Positions 44,570 to 53,571 of a stretch of DNA of 55,551 nucleotides are shown here, piece after piece. The notes under the pieces were generated by a model. The model searched no databases, was not told the origin of the DNA, and saw nothing but the letters and a program-made list of their open reading frames with translations. Every line of letters starts with the position of its first letter. Position 1 is the stretch's first letter. Source of the DNA: an uncultured Clostridia bacterium. Its GTDB lineage: Bacteria > Bacillota > Clostridia > Christensenellales > Borkfalkiaceae. Location of the stretch: positions 1 to 55,551 of the forward strand of contig CAMWQS010000001.1 of assembly GCA_947176485.1 (NCBI GenBank), written 5' to 3'. A program made the position numbers and the translations under genes.

Positions 44570-45871
44570 TTGAAAGAAAAATACGACGTTATTATCGTTG
44601 GCGCGGGCGTTGCGGGGCTTAACTGCGCGCTGCATCTGCCCAAAGATAAAAAAGTTTTAATAATCTGCAAGGGCAAGCCCGAAGAAAGCGACAGCTACCT
44701 TGCGCAAGGCGGAATTTGCCGTTTGCAGGGCGAGGACGACTACGAAGGCTATTTTGACGACACTATGCGTGCTGGGCACAACGAAAACAACCCCGCCGCC
44801 GTGGAGTGTATGATTAAGTCCTCGCCAGAGGTCATAGACGAGCTTATTTCCGTCGGCGTTGACTTTGCGCGTGAAAAGGACGGCAGCCTTGCCGCCACGC
44901 GTGAGGGCGGGCACTCGAGAAACCGCATTTGCTTCCACGAGGACTGCACGGGTAAGGAAATAACTTCAAAGCTGATGGCGGCAGTGACAAAACTTCAAAA
45001 CGTAGAAATTTGCCCCCAAAACACGCTAATTGATTTAATTTGTAGCGAAAAAGAGTGTATGGGCGTAGTCGTTGTCGACAACGAAACGGGAAAGGTTAAG
45101 AAAATTATTGCGGACTACACCGTGCTTGCCACGGGCGGCATAGGCGGAATATTCGAAAACTCTACGAACTTCCGACTTTTAACGGGCGACGGCGTTGCAA
45201 TATGTATGAATCGCGGCGTTGCCGTGGATAACGTCAATTATATTCAGATACACCCCACGACGCTTTATTCAGAAAAGAAGGGTGAGAGGTGCTTCCTTAT
45301 CTCCGAATCGGTTAGGGGTGAGGGCGCGCATTTACTTGATAAATACGGCAACCGTTTTTGCGACGAGCTTCAGCCGAGGGACGTGGTTACAGAGGCAATT
45401 TTAAAACAGATGAAAGAGGAGGGTTCGTCCTTCGTTAGGTTGGATATGCGCCCCGCAGGGAAAGAAGAGCTTTCAACCCACTTCCCCAGCATCGTTAAAA
45501 GATGCGCGGAGGAGGGGTACGACGTGTTTTCCGAGCCCGTTCCCGTCGTGCCGGCACAGCATTACTTTATGGGTGGAGTAAGAAGCGACCTGAACGGCAG
45601 AACGACGATGGATAGGCTTTATGCCGTGGGCGAAACCTGCTGTAACGGCGTGCACGGTGCAAACAGACTTGCGTCAAATTCACTTTTGGAAAGCGTGCTT
45701 TTTGCAAAGCGCGCCGCCCTGGATATTGCGGCAAATTTTAAGGCGAATGAACAATTGACCCCCGAATATGCCGCAAATAACGCACTTTTAGGCGATTATT
45801 CAAACCCCGAAAAACTGTTAAACAGCTATAAACGCGCATTACTTAAAGCAATTGAGGAGGCAAATAAATAA
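44570..45871 (+). CDS. nadB: L-aspartate oxidase
   Basis: DVIIVGAGVAGL FAD fold and RLYAVGETCCNGVHGANRLASNSLLE. TTG start. Confidence 0.9.
   Translation: MKEKYDVIIVGAGVAGLNCALHLPKDKKVLIICKGKPEESDSYLAQGGICRLQGEDDYEGYFDDTMRAGHNENNPAAVECMIKSSPEVIDELISVGVDFAREKDGSLAATREGGHSRNRICFHEDCTGKEITSKLMAAVTKLQNVEICPQNTLIDLICSEKECMGVVVVDNETGKVKKIIADYTVLATGGIGGIFENSTNFRLLTGDGVAICMNRGVAVDNVNYIQIHPTTLYSEKKGERCFLISESVRGEGAHLLDKYGNRFCDELQPRDVVTEAILKQMKEEGSSFVRLDMRPAGKEELSTHFPSIVKRCAEEGYDVFSEPVPVVPAQHYFMGGVRSDLNGRTTMDRLYAVGETCCNGVHGANRLASNSLLESVLFAKRAALDIAANFKANEQLTPEYAANNALLGDYSNPEKLLNSYKRALLKAIEEANK
45759..45794 (+). repeat. Motif M, copy k, inside nadB (C-terminal region)
   Basis: CCCCCGAATATGCCGCAAATAACGCACTTTTAGGCG preceded by CAATTGA. 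Translated as TPEYAANNALLGD. Confidence 0.7.
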
Positions 45872-46734
45872 TGTTAGAAACCGTATCTTTAAAGCTGAAC
45901 GCAGACGAGCTTATAAAAATGGCTCTTAAAGAGGATATTTCCAACGAGGACGTCAGCACCAACGCCGTTTTAAAAGATTATAAAAAGGGCAAAGCCGACT
46001 TAATTTGTAAGCAAGACGGCGTAATTTGCGGGCTTAACGTTTTTGAAAGAGTGTTCAAAATTCTCGATGAAAATACCGAAATCAAGTTCCTTGTAAAAGA
46101 GGGCGAAAAAGCAGCTAAGTCCCAACGTATAGCCGAAATAACGGGGGATATGCGCGTTATTTTGCAGGGCGAGAGGACGGCTTTGAACTACCTTCAAAGG
46201 ATGAGCGGTATCGCAACCTACACCTCGGAAGTTGCAAATCTTTTAAAGGGAAGCAAAACCAAGCTTTTGGATACCCGCAAGACCACGCCCAATATGCGTA
46301 TTTTCGAAAAGTACGCTGTGAAGGTGGGCGGGGGCAACAACCACCGCTATAACCTTTCGGACGGGGTGCTTTTAAAGGATAACCACATAGGCGCGGCGGG
46401 CGGAATAACTAACGCAATCAAAGCCGCAAAGGAATATTCCTCTTTCGTGAGGAAGATAGAGGTTGAAGTGGAAACTCTTGACGGCGTAAAGGAAGCCGTA
46501 GCGGCGGGCGCGGACATTATCATGCTTGACAATATGTCGGTTGCGGATATGACCGCCGCAGTTAAGTATATCAACGGCAGGGCACTTACCGAGTGCAGCG
46601 GTAACGTAACCAAAGAAAATATTAAAAATATAATTTCAACGGGTGTGGACTACGTTTCCAGCGGAGCACTTACGCATTCGGCACCAATACTCGATTTGTC
46701 GCTGAAAAATCTTCACCCCGTGGAGGAAGTATGA
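45871..46734 (+). CDS. nadC: Nicotinate-nucleotide diphosphorylase (quinolinate phosphoribosyltransferase)
   Basis: LDTRKTTP, KDNH and IMLDNM motifs. The start overlaps the nadB stop (TAATG). Confidence 0.9.
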   Translation: MLETVSLKLNADELIKMALKEDISNEDVSTNAVLKDYKKGKADLICKQDGVICGLNVFERVFKILDENTEIKFLVKEGEKAAKSQRIAEITGDMRVILQGERTALNYLQRMSGIATYTSEVANLLKGSKTKLLDTRKTTPNMRIFEKYAVKVGGGNNHRYNLSDGVLLKDNHIGAAGGITNAIKAAKEYSSFVRKIEVEVETLDGVKEAVAAGADIIMLDNMSVADMTAAVKYINGRALTECSGNVTKENIKNIISTGVDYVSSGALTHSAPILDLSLKNLHPVEEV

Positions 46735-47240
46735 AGGCCGATAAAAGGCGTGAGGAAATTTTAAGCCTTATAGGCAACGCCGAAAACCCCATTCCCGCAA
46801 ACGTGCTTGCGGAAAGGTTCGCGGTGTCCCGCCAAGTGATAGTACAGGATATTGCACTCCTTCGCGCAAACGGGCTGGACGTTACCGCAACTAACCGCGG
46901 CTACGTATTGAACACCAAGATGCAAGCAACCCGCGTTTTCAAGTGCAGGCACTCGTTTGAAGAAATCGTCGACGAGGGGGTCTTGATTATCGAAGCGGGC
47001 GGGCGCGTTGAAGATATTTTCGTCAACCACCGCGTTTACGGAAGAATTTCGGCGCGGCTTGACCTTATCAACCGAACCCACGTCGAGGAGCTGTACCGCT
47101 CGCTCGTGTCGGGCGCGTCAAAGCCCTTGATGAGCGTTACCGACGGATATCACTACCACACCGTTTCCGCGGACAGCGAAAAGGTTTTGGACGATATAGA
47201 AAATATATTGCGTACCCGCGGGTTTTTAATAGAGATATAA
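46731..47240 (+). CDS. niaR: NAD-biosynthesis transcriptional repressor NiaR (HTH plus 3H domain)
   Basis: N-terminal HTH (RREEILSLI..VSRQVIVQDIALLR) and 3H-domain histidines (HRV..H..YHYHTV). Confidence 0.85.
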   Translation: MKADKRREEILSLIGNAENPIPANVLAERFAVSRQVIVQDIALLRANGLDVTATNRGYVLNTKMQATRVFKCRHSFEEIVDEGVLIIEAGGRVEDIFVNHRVYGRISARLDLINRTHVEELYRSLVSGASKPLMSVTDGYHYHTVSADSEKVLDDIENILRTRGFLIEI

Positions 47241-47247
47241 TTTGACG

Positions 47248-47284
47248 ACCGTCCGCCGCATTTAGTGGCGGGCGGTGAATTTTA
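47248..47284 (+). terminator. Probable terminator after niaR
   Basis: CCGTCCGCCGC-ATTTAGT-GGCGGGCGG hairpin with a weak T tract. Confidence 0.5.
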
Positions 47285-47678
47285 CGGGCAAAAAAACCTA
47301 TACTTTATTTTAAAAGTAAAAAAATTTTTTTATTTTACTGAAAAAAACGCAACTTGAATTGTTTTATATAATGAAGGCGCTAACCCGCTGCCAATCCCAA
47401 CAAAGCACAATTTTATGGATAAATTTCGGCTTATGCTGCGTTAAGGACGCTTGCCGTACTGGTTTGTACGCCTACGCGACCTTGCCTTGCCTAATCTCAA
47501 AATTAATCTCATAAAATCGCAAAGCGTCTAAGCGATGGGGTTTGGAATGGGTTTTGTGCGGGGCACCCGCAGTTGTACCGTAGTACATCAAGGGGGCACC
47601 GTGCAAAAGACAACCAAAGAACGCGCTTAGATGTGTTCTATTGGGGTTGACAGCGGGTAATCGATATCGGAGAACCAC

Positions 47679-48188
47679 ATGTCGCTTGACAAACAGATAA
47701 AACAGCTTATGCGCGGAGATGCCTCGGCGTTTGAAAGCGTATACAAAAAAACAAAAAAGGCAGTGTATTATACGGCATTGTCTATTTTAAGAGACCGCTC
47801 TTTGGCGGAGGACGTCATGCAGTCCACCTATTTAAAGGTGATAAAAAGCGCAAGCACCTTCCAAGAGGGCACTGACGCCGTGGCGTGGATAAAGCGTATT
47901 TGCCGCAACGAAGCGTTGAACTTAAAGAAGAAACGCGGGCACGAAACCTACGTTGACGAGCGCGAGCACGCTTCGGTATTCGGTACCGAGCAGACCGACG
48001 ACTACGGACTTATAATCGACCTTGCGCGAAGGACTTTGCCGCAAGACGAATTTGAAATTCTGATTCTTGTTGCCGCCGTGGGCTATAAACGGCGCGAGGT
48101 GGCAGAGCTTATGAACATACCGCTTTCCACGGTAACCTACAAGCTTAACTGTGCAACGGGCAAACTTATAAAGGCGTTGCAGGATTAG
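47679..48188 (+). CDS. ECF-type RNA polymerase sigma factor
   Basis: Region 2 (DVMQSTYLKV..AWIKRICRN) and region 4 HTH (REVAELMNIPLSTVTYKL). GGAGA SD. Confidence 0.85.
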   Translation: MSLDKQIKQLMRGDASAFESVYKKTKKAVYYTALSILRDRSLAEDVMQSTYLKVIKSASTFQEGTDAVAWIKRICRNEALNLKKKRGHETYVDEREHASVFGTEQTDDYGLIIDLARRTLPQDEFEILILVAAVGYKRREVAELMNIPLSTVTYKLNCATGKLIKALQD

Positions 48189-48198
48189 GAGGTGAATT

Positions 48199-50952
48199 AT
48201 GGAAGAGAAAGAGTTATTCAAAAAAATTAACGAAGAAAGTGAAAATAACGTTCCCGACGTGTACGGTAAAGTTCTTTTTGCCGCGCAAGCCGAGGGGCTT
48301 CTTGATAACGACAATGCGGAAGTTTACTCCGACGGAGAAACGGTAGCTCTCGGCGGAGTGAACAAAAAGGCAATTGCAGTGACCACGCTTGCGGCACTTG
48401 CGGCGGTCAGCCTTGCAATTGCTTTACCTATAGCTTTAAGCGGCAAGCCCGACGGGGGTCTAGATATCCCGCCCTTCGGCAACGGCGATAATAAAATCGT
48501 TGCGGACATCGACCTCGGCGATTCGTACTCTTACGGCGCGGTAACTACGGCAAGACTTGCCGAAAGCTTTTTTAACGAGCCCACGGCCGCCAAGGCAATG
48601 GCTAAGCGCTCGGTTTCGGAAAACGACTTCCACGAGTTCGGTACTTATTTTTCCGCACTCGACTGTTATCTCGGCAAAGACCAACTCAGCTTAGGCAACG
48701 CACCGGCGGGTGATTATCAGAAATCGATAACTATTTCGGGCAGACGCACGAACGGCAGAGAGTTCGGCTATGCAATGCATTATACCGAATATAAAATCGT
48801 TAAAAACGACTACGTTTCGGGCACCCCCGTAGAGTATTACCTCGAAGGTATGATAAGCGTTTCGGGCGGGGGCTTTGCCTTGATAGGCAACCGCACCTTG
48901 GCTTCGGATGCCGAGGGCGCAGAGGAAACCGCGCTTGACCTTTACGCTTATCCGAATTTGAACGACAAAACTACTTACGCCCGGATGCAGCTTCAATACG
49001 TTGAAATCGACGGCGTAACCGTAAAAGGCTATTCCTATAAAATAGTCAAAGGCTCCGCTACCGTAAGCGAGGCGGTTGCGTACAAACCCGCAGACGCCGA
49101 CCTCGTTATAAATATTAAAGACGGCGAAACGGATAAAGGAAATTTCACCGTAACGGGTGAAACCGAAGGCGGCTATAACGTGAATTACGTTTTGGGCGCA
49201 GAGGAAGGGCACTTTAAGATAACGTCTGAAGACAACGGCTTCAAATACGAATTCCCCGACCCCGAGGACGATTATTCCTACCTTGGGTTCAAAGATAACG
49301 GCGACGGTACTTACTCGGTTACCACCTACGACAAAACCGCCGAAAACTTGCCCGAAACCTTGGTAATTCCTTCAACCTATAACGGCAAGCCCGTCGTAAG
49401 CATAGGCTCCTATGCGTTTAGTGTGGCGGAATTCAAGAAAATAATTATAAGCGACGGCATAACCGAAATTGAAAGTAACGCTTTCCAACAGTGCATCGCA
49501 TTAGAAGAAGTAGAATTCCCTTCTACGCTTACCTATATAGGTCATACGGCGTTCTTCTCTTGCACCAACTTAAAGGAGCTTAACCTTCCGTCAAGCTTGA
49601 AAGAAATAGCGTCCAGCGCTTTCATGGCTTGCTATAAATTGACTGACGTTACTATCCCCGAGGGCGTTGAAAAAATAGGCACCTTCGTCTTTAACGGCTG
49701 CCATAGCCTTAAAACCGTAAATTTCCCCGCAAGTTTAAAAATTTTAGATGGCGGTGCGTTTGCGGGCTGTAGGGATATTGAAAGCGTAACGGTTGCATCG
49801 GGAAATCCCGTCTACCACAGCACGGGCAACTGCGTAATCGATACTGCAAACAAAGTTCTCGCTGTGGGCTGTAAAATAAGCGTAATTCCCGCCGACGGCA
49901 GCGTAACGAAAATAGGCTCTTACGCGTTTTCTAAGGCTTATCTTACAGAACTCGATTTGCCTTCGTGCGTTACGGATATAGGTTATCACGCTTTCGAGCA
50001 AAACGACTTTACTTCACTGACTTTGACCGAAGGACTTCAAAGCCTTGGAGAGTATGCGTTTGGTGCTTGTTTTAAGTTAACGGAAATCACTCTGCCCTCG
50101 ACGCTTGAAACAATAGGCGATTATGCGTTTGGCAGCTGTTACGAACTTGAAAGCGTTACGATTCCCCAAAACGTAACGTCTATAGGCGTTGGCGTATTTG
50201 AGGAATGTCGGGCACTTACAGAGCTAACCGTAGATTCTAATAATACCGTATATCTCAGTGCTGGTAACTGTATCATAAATACGGAAAGTAAAACGCTTGT
50301 TGCGGGCTGCAAATCAAGCGAAATTCCCGCCGACGGCAGCGTAGAAATTATCGGCGACTACGCATTCTATTGGTGCCGGCTTTCACAAATTACGATACCG
50401 TCCGAAGTGAAAAAAATCGGGCAGTATGCATTTTCGGGTAATGCTGAGTTGACCTCCGTCGTTATGGAAGGGGTAACGCATATAGGCTTCGGTGCTTTCG
50501 ACGAGTGCTTTAGTCTCGCTACCGTAGTTTGTTCTGACGACTTAGAATTTATAGGCGATTATGCCTTCCAAGAGTGCCGTTCGCTTACAAGTATTACCTT
50601 ACCGAAAACGTTAAACGTTGACCCTGAGGTAGGTGGTGCCATCGGCATGCGCGCATTCTACGGATGTGAGTCGCTTGAAAGCATAGTTATCTCCGAAGGT
50701 ACGACCGCACTGTTTACTAGCGCGTTCCGCGGTTGCACCAATCTTACAACCGTAACTATTCCCAAAACGGTAGAACTTATTTCCGAAGGTGCGTTCTCCG
50801 GCTGCAACTCGTTAACTACCGTTAACTTCGGCGGCACCATGGAAGAATGGCAAAAGCTTGACAAACATCAAGACACGTGGAGTTATACTGGTGATTATAC
50901 CGTAGTATGCACGGACGGCACGCTCGATAAAGTCGGCAACGTTATAAACTAA
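48199..50952 (+). CDS. Membrane protein: short cytoplasmic N-terminus (putative anti-sigma), one TM, large extracytoplasmic BspA-type leucine-rich-repeat domain
   Basis: TM helix AIAVTTLAALAAVSLAIALPIAL. More than 15 repeats of the I..YAF..C..L..(I/V).(I/L)P..(V/L) type. Starts 10 nt after the sigma gene. Confidence 0.75.
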   Translation: MEEKELFKKINEESENNVPDVYGKVLFAAQAEGLLDNDNAEVYSDGETVALGGVNKKAIAVTTLAALAAVSLAIALPIALSGKPDGGLDIPPFGNGDNKIVADIDLGDSYSYGAVTTARLAESFFNEPTAAKAMAKRSVSENDFHEFGTYFSALDCYLGKDQLSLGNAPAGDYQKSITISGRRTNGREFGYAMHYTEYKIVKNDYVSGTPVEYYLEGMISVSGGGFALIGNRTLASDAEGAEETALDLYAYPNLNDKTTYARMQLQYVEIDGVTVKGYSYKIVKGSATVSEAVAYKPADADLVINIKDGETDKGNFTVTGETEGGYNVNYVLGAEEGHFKITSEDNGFKYEFPDPEDDYSYLGFKDNGDGTYSVTTYDKTAENLPETLVIPSTYNGKPVVSIGSYAFSVAEFKKIIISDGITEIESNAFQQCIALEEVEFPSTLTYIGHTAFFSCTNLKELNLPSSLKEIASSAFMACYKLTDVTIPEGVEKIGTFVFNGCHSLKTVNFPASLKILDGGAFAGCRDIESVTVASGNPVYHSTGNCVIDTANKVLAVGCKISVIPADGSVTKIGSYAFSKAYLTELDLPSCVTDIGYHAFEQNDFTSLTLTEGLQSLGEYAFGACFKLTEITLPSTLETIGDYAFGSCYELESVTIPQNVTSIGVGVFEECRALTELTVDSNNTVYLSAGNCIINTESKTLVAGCKSSEIPADGSVEIIGDYAFYWCRLSQITIPSEVKKIGQYAFSGNAELTSVVMEGVTHIGFGAFDECFSLATVVCSDDLEFIGDYAFQECRSLTSITLPKTLNVDPEVGGAIGMRAFYGCESLESIVISEGTTALFTSAFRGCTNLTTVTIPKTVELISEGAFSGCNSLTTVNFGGTMEEWQKLDKHQDTWSYTGDYTVVCTDGTLDKVGNVIN

Positions 50953-50973
50953 GACCACCATTACACCATTATG

Positions 50974-51014
50974 GAGCCCCGCAGCGCGTTATGCGTTGCG
51001 GGGCTCTTATCTTT
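50974..51014 (+). terminator. Terminator after the LRR gene
   Basis: GAGCCCCGCAGCGC..GCGTTGCGGGGCTC, then a T-rich tail. Confidence 0.75.
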
Positions 51015-51026
51015 GGGCTCAGCCTA

Positions 51027-51056
51027 TTGACAAACTGAAAGTTTGAGTGCTATAAT
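51027..51056 (+). promoter_or_regulatory. Promoter of the SGNH esterase gene
   Basis: TTGACA, 18 nt, TATAAT. AAGGAG SD before the ATG at 51101. Confidence 0.6.
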
Positions 51057-51100
51057 TTTAACGCAAAATCATATAACTTTTATTGATAAGGAGTAGAATT

Positions 51101-53272
51101 ATGAAATCTAAAAAATGGCTTGCACTTTTATTGTCGGCCGCTATGTTGGTCCCCGTTGCAGCTGCGGGCTGTAATAACGGAGGCGGCGGCGACGGCGGTG
51201 AAGGTGATGGCGGTGGAGGCAGCACGCCCCCGCCCATAACGGAAGTAGAAGATAAAGTCAACGCGCCTAAAGTTAAAATTAAAAGCGGCAATATTTTAAC
51301 ATGGTTAGCCGTTTCTGGCGCAACCGGATACGAAGTGCACTACGTCTATAACGACCAAGATACGCTTGCGGCAACTCAAACGGAATTGACGTACACGATA
51401 AACCACACCAACGTCGGCGAATACGACTATTACGTAATCGCAGTGAACGGCACCAAGGATATTAAAAGCGAAAAATCTAATATGGCTAAATATAAATTGA
51501 CTGCACCCGCTTTGGCTAAGCCCGTACTTACCTTCAGCGGAGATAACTTAACCTGGACGGAAATTCCGAATGCGGAAAGCTACACCGTTAAAGACCATAC
51601 CGGCAATGTTACTACGCAAACGGGATGTACCTTCGATATTTCGGAAAACAAGCCTACGGCTGCCGGAACTTATTACTATTCCGTAACGGCAACCACTACC
51701 AGTGAAAACTACGAAAACAGCGTTACTTCGGTTATCCCTTATACCGTTGACGATCCTGCTTTAAGTACTGCGTCGACACCACTTACCGGCTCAACCGTAT
51801 ACTTCGTTGGCGACTCAACGGTTTGCTCTTTCAACGATGCTTATCATCTTCCCCGTTACGGCTACGGCACTCAATTGGCGCAGTACCTTGACTTGGGCGA
51901 AGGCGCAAGCGTACAAAACCTTGCACTTTCGGGCAGAAGCTCTTACAGCTTCCTTTCCGAAAGCAACTACTCAACTTTACAAAGTCAGTTAAAGGAGGGG
52001 GACTATCTCATCATAGGCTTCGGACATAACGACGAAAAGAACGAGGAAGACAGATATTCCAACCCCAACTTATCCCATACCGATACTACAAAGTTTAACG
52101 ACAGAGACGCGTCATTCAAGAAGATTTTATACGATAACTATATTAAGCTGGCGCAAGATAAAGGCGCAACCCCCATACTTTGCACGCCTATCGTAAGGTT
52201 AAGCGATAAAAACGATTACAGCGGTTCTAACGCACATAAAACAAGCGATTCCGCTACCGTCAAGGGACTTGCTTGCCCCGGCGGCGATTATGCAAAAGCC
52301 ATTAAGGACTTGGGCGAGGCGGTTAACGTTCCCGTAATCGACCTTACCGAAATTACTAAGGCGGACTACACTGCAATGGGCTACGCCGCTGCGGGTGATT
52401 ATCACGCGTGGACGGGAACCAAGAACGGTGAAAGAGTTGGCGTCGACGGCACACACACCAATATGTTCGGTGCTAAAACCAACGCGTATTACGTTGCAAG
52501 AGAACTCAAAAAACTCGGCACGGGACTCGGTGCGCACGTCTTGGCAGATATCGAAAGACCTACTTACGCGGTTGACTATTCAGGTGCAATTAACCCGGAT
52601 TATAGCGAGCCCGTGTACACGTCTTTTACACCCGCAAATAAATCTTCCGTATGGAGTACCGTAACGAAGGAGGGGTGGTACGGCACAGCATTCGGTGATT
52701 TGGGTGGCAACAGCGTTTCGCCCTTCACCGTAAGACAAAACGCAGACGAAACGTTTACGGTAGGCACTTCCCAAACGAAGGGTAAGATAGGCAGCACTGA
52801 GGGTATAGCCGCAGCGTTCTATCAAATTGACTGTGATTTGAACTTTAAGGTAACGGTAGAAGTTACGCTTGACACGTTTGCCGCAGCTTCCCAAACTGGC
52901 TTCGGCTTGATGCTCCGCGACGATATTTATATCGACAAACCCGATTCTGCTATAAAGAGCAACTACGTGACGGCAGGAGCTTACTGCACGAGCAGTGCCA
53001 CGAACGTTCTTTACAGCAGAGTAGACGAAACCCTTACACCCACAAGCAACAGGGCTTCACTTAAAGAGGGCAGTAAACACACTCTTTCCATTGAAAGGGT
53101 AAACCAAAACGTCAAAGTTACGTTTGATAACACCACGCACACCTATTACGACTTTGACTTCATTGCGATAGATAATGAATATATGTATATCTGTCTTTAC
53201 GCAACTAGGGGAACGGTTGCAACTTTCAAAGTAACCGAGTTGGAAATAACGGGTGAAGCTACGGCGGCGTAA
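51101..53272 (+). CDS. Secreted lipoprotein: Gly-rich linker, Fn3/Ig-like modules, SGNH/GDSL esterase (rhamnogalacturonan acetylesterase-like), C-terminal lectin-like domain
   Basis: Lipobox VAAAGC. SGNH blocks VGDSTV, GFGHNDE and DGTHTN. Confidence 0.8.
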   Translation: MKSKKWLALLLSAAMLVPVAAAGCNNGGGGDGGEGDGGGGSTPPPITEVEDKVNAPKVKIKSGNILTWLAVSGATGYEVHYVYNDQDTLAATQTELTYTINHTNVGEYDYYVIAVNGTKDIKSEKSNMAKYKLTAPALAKPVLTFSGDNLTWTEIPNAESYTVKDHTGNVTTQTGCTFDISENKPTAAGTYYYSVTATTTSENYENSVTSVIPYTVDDPALSTASTPLTGSTVYFVGDSTVCSFNDAYHLPRYGYGTQLAQYLDLGEGASVQNLALSGRSSYSFLSESNYSTLQSQLKEGDYLIIGFGHNDEKNEEDRYSNPNLSHTDTTKFNDRDASFKKILYDNYIKLAQDKGATPILCTPIVRLSDKNDYSGSNAHKTSDSATVKGLACPGGDYAKAIKDLGEAVNVPVIDLTEITKADYTAMGYAAAGDYHAWTGTKNGERVGVDGTHTNMFGAKTNAYYVARELKKLGTGLGAHVLADIERPTYAVDYSGAINPDYSEPVYTSFTPANKSSVWSTVTKEGWYGTAFGDLGGNSVSPFTVRQNADETFTVGTSQTKGKIGSTEGIAAAFYQIDCDLNFKVTVEVTLDTFAAASQTGFGLMLRDDIYIDKPDSAIKSNYVTAGAYCTSSATNVLYSRVDETLTPTSNRASLKEGSKHTLSIERVNQNVKVTFDNTTHTYYDFDFIAIDNEYMYICLYATRGTVATFKVTELEITGEATAA

Positions 53273-53288
53273 AATTTAATAAAATAAC

Positions 53289-53322
53289 GGCGGGGGCAGT
53301 GGACTGCCCCCGCCTTAATTTT
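53289..53322 (+). terminator. Terminator after the esterase gene
   Basis: GGCGGGGGCAG-TGGA-CTGCCCCCGCC followed by TTAATTTT. Confidence 0.8.
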
Positions 53323-53425
53323 AAACAAAAAACCAAAACGCAATTAAAAACGCTTGTAATTTTCGCAAGTTGAATATATAATGATTAAGCAAACGCGGCG
53401 TATACGACCGCTTGCATATAAATAT

Positions 53426-53500
53426 TGGGGCGTCGCCAAGCGGTAAGGCAACGGACTCTGACTCCGTCATTCGTTGGTTCAAATCCAGCCGCCCCAGCCA
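53426..53500 (+). tRNA. tRNA-Gln (anticodon CTG)
   Basis: Acceptor TGGGGCG/CGCCCCA, D arm GCC-AAGCGGTAA-GGC, anticodon stem ACGGA/TCCGT with loop CTCTGAC, T arm GTTGG-TTCAAAT-CCAGC, discriminator G and encoded CCA. Confidence 0.9.
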
Positions 53501-53518
53501 GAAAAACAGGCATTTTTA

Positions 53519-53549
53519 GGCATTTTTGACCTAAAAATGCCGTTTTTTT
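53519..53549. terminator. Hairpin plus T-run between tRNA-Gln and the integrase 3' end
   Basis: GGCATTTTT-GACCT-AAAAATGCC then GTTTTTTT. AGGCATTTTT is duplicated just upstream. Confidence 0.6.
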
Positions 53550-53571
53550 ATGCATTTAAAATTTTAGCGAA

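Noticed and set aside
28-45794. Motif M as a Chi-like site for AddAB
   Set aside because: Chi sites are short (5-8 nt) and strongly co-oriented with replication. M is 30-44 nt and its copies here are split about evenly between the two strands.
47472-47678. 68-aa minus-strand ORF in the niaR-sigma gap
   Set aside because: It has no SD and an implausible composition, and it overlaps the probable sigma-gene leader on the opposite strand.
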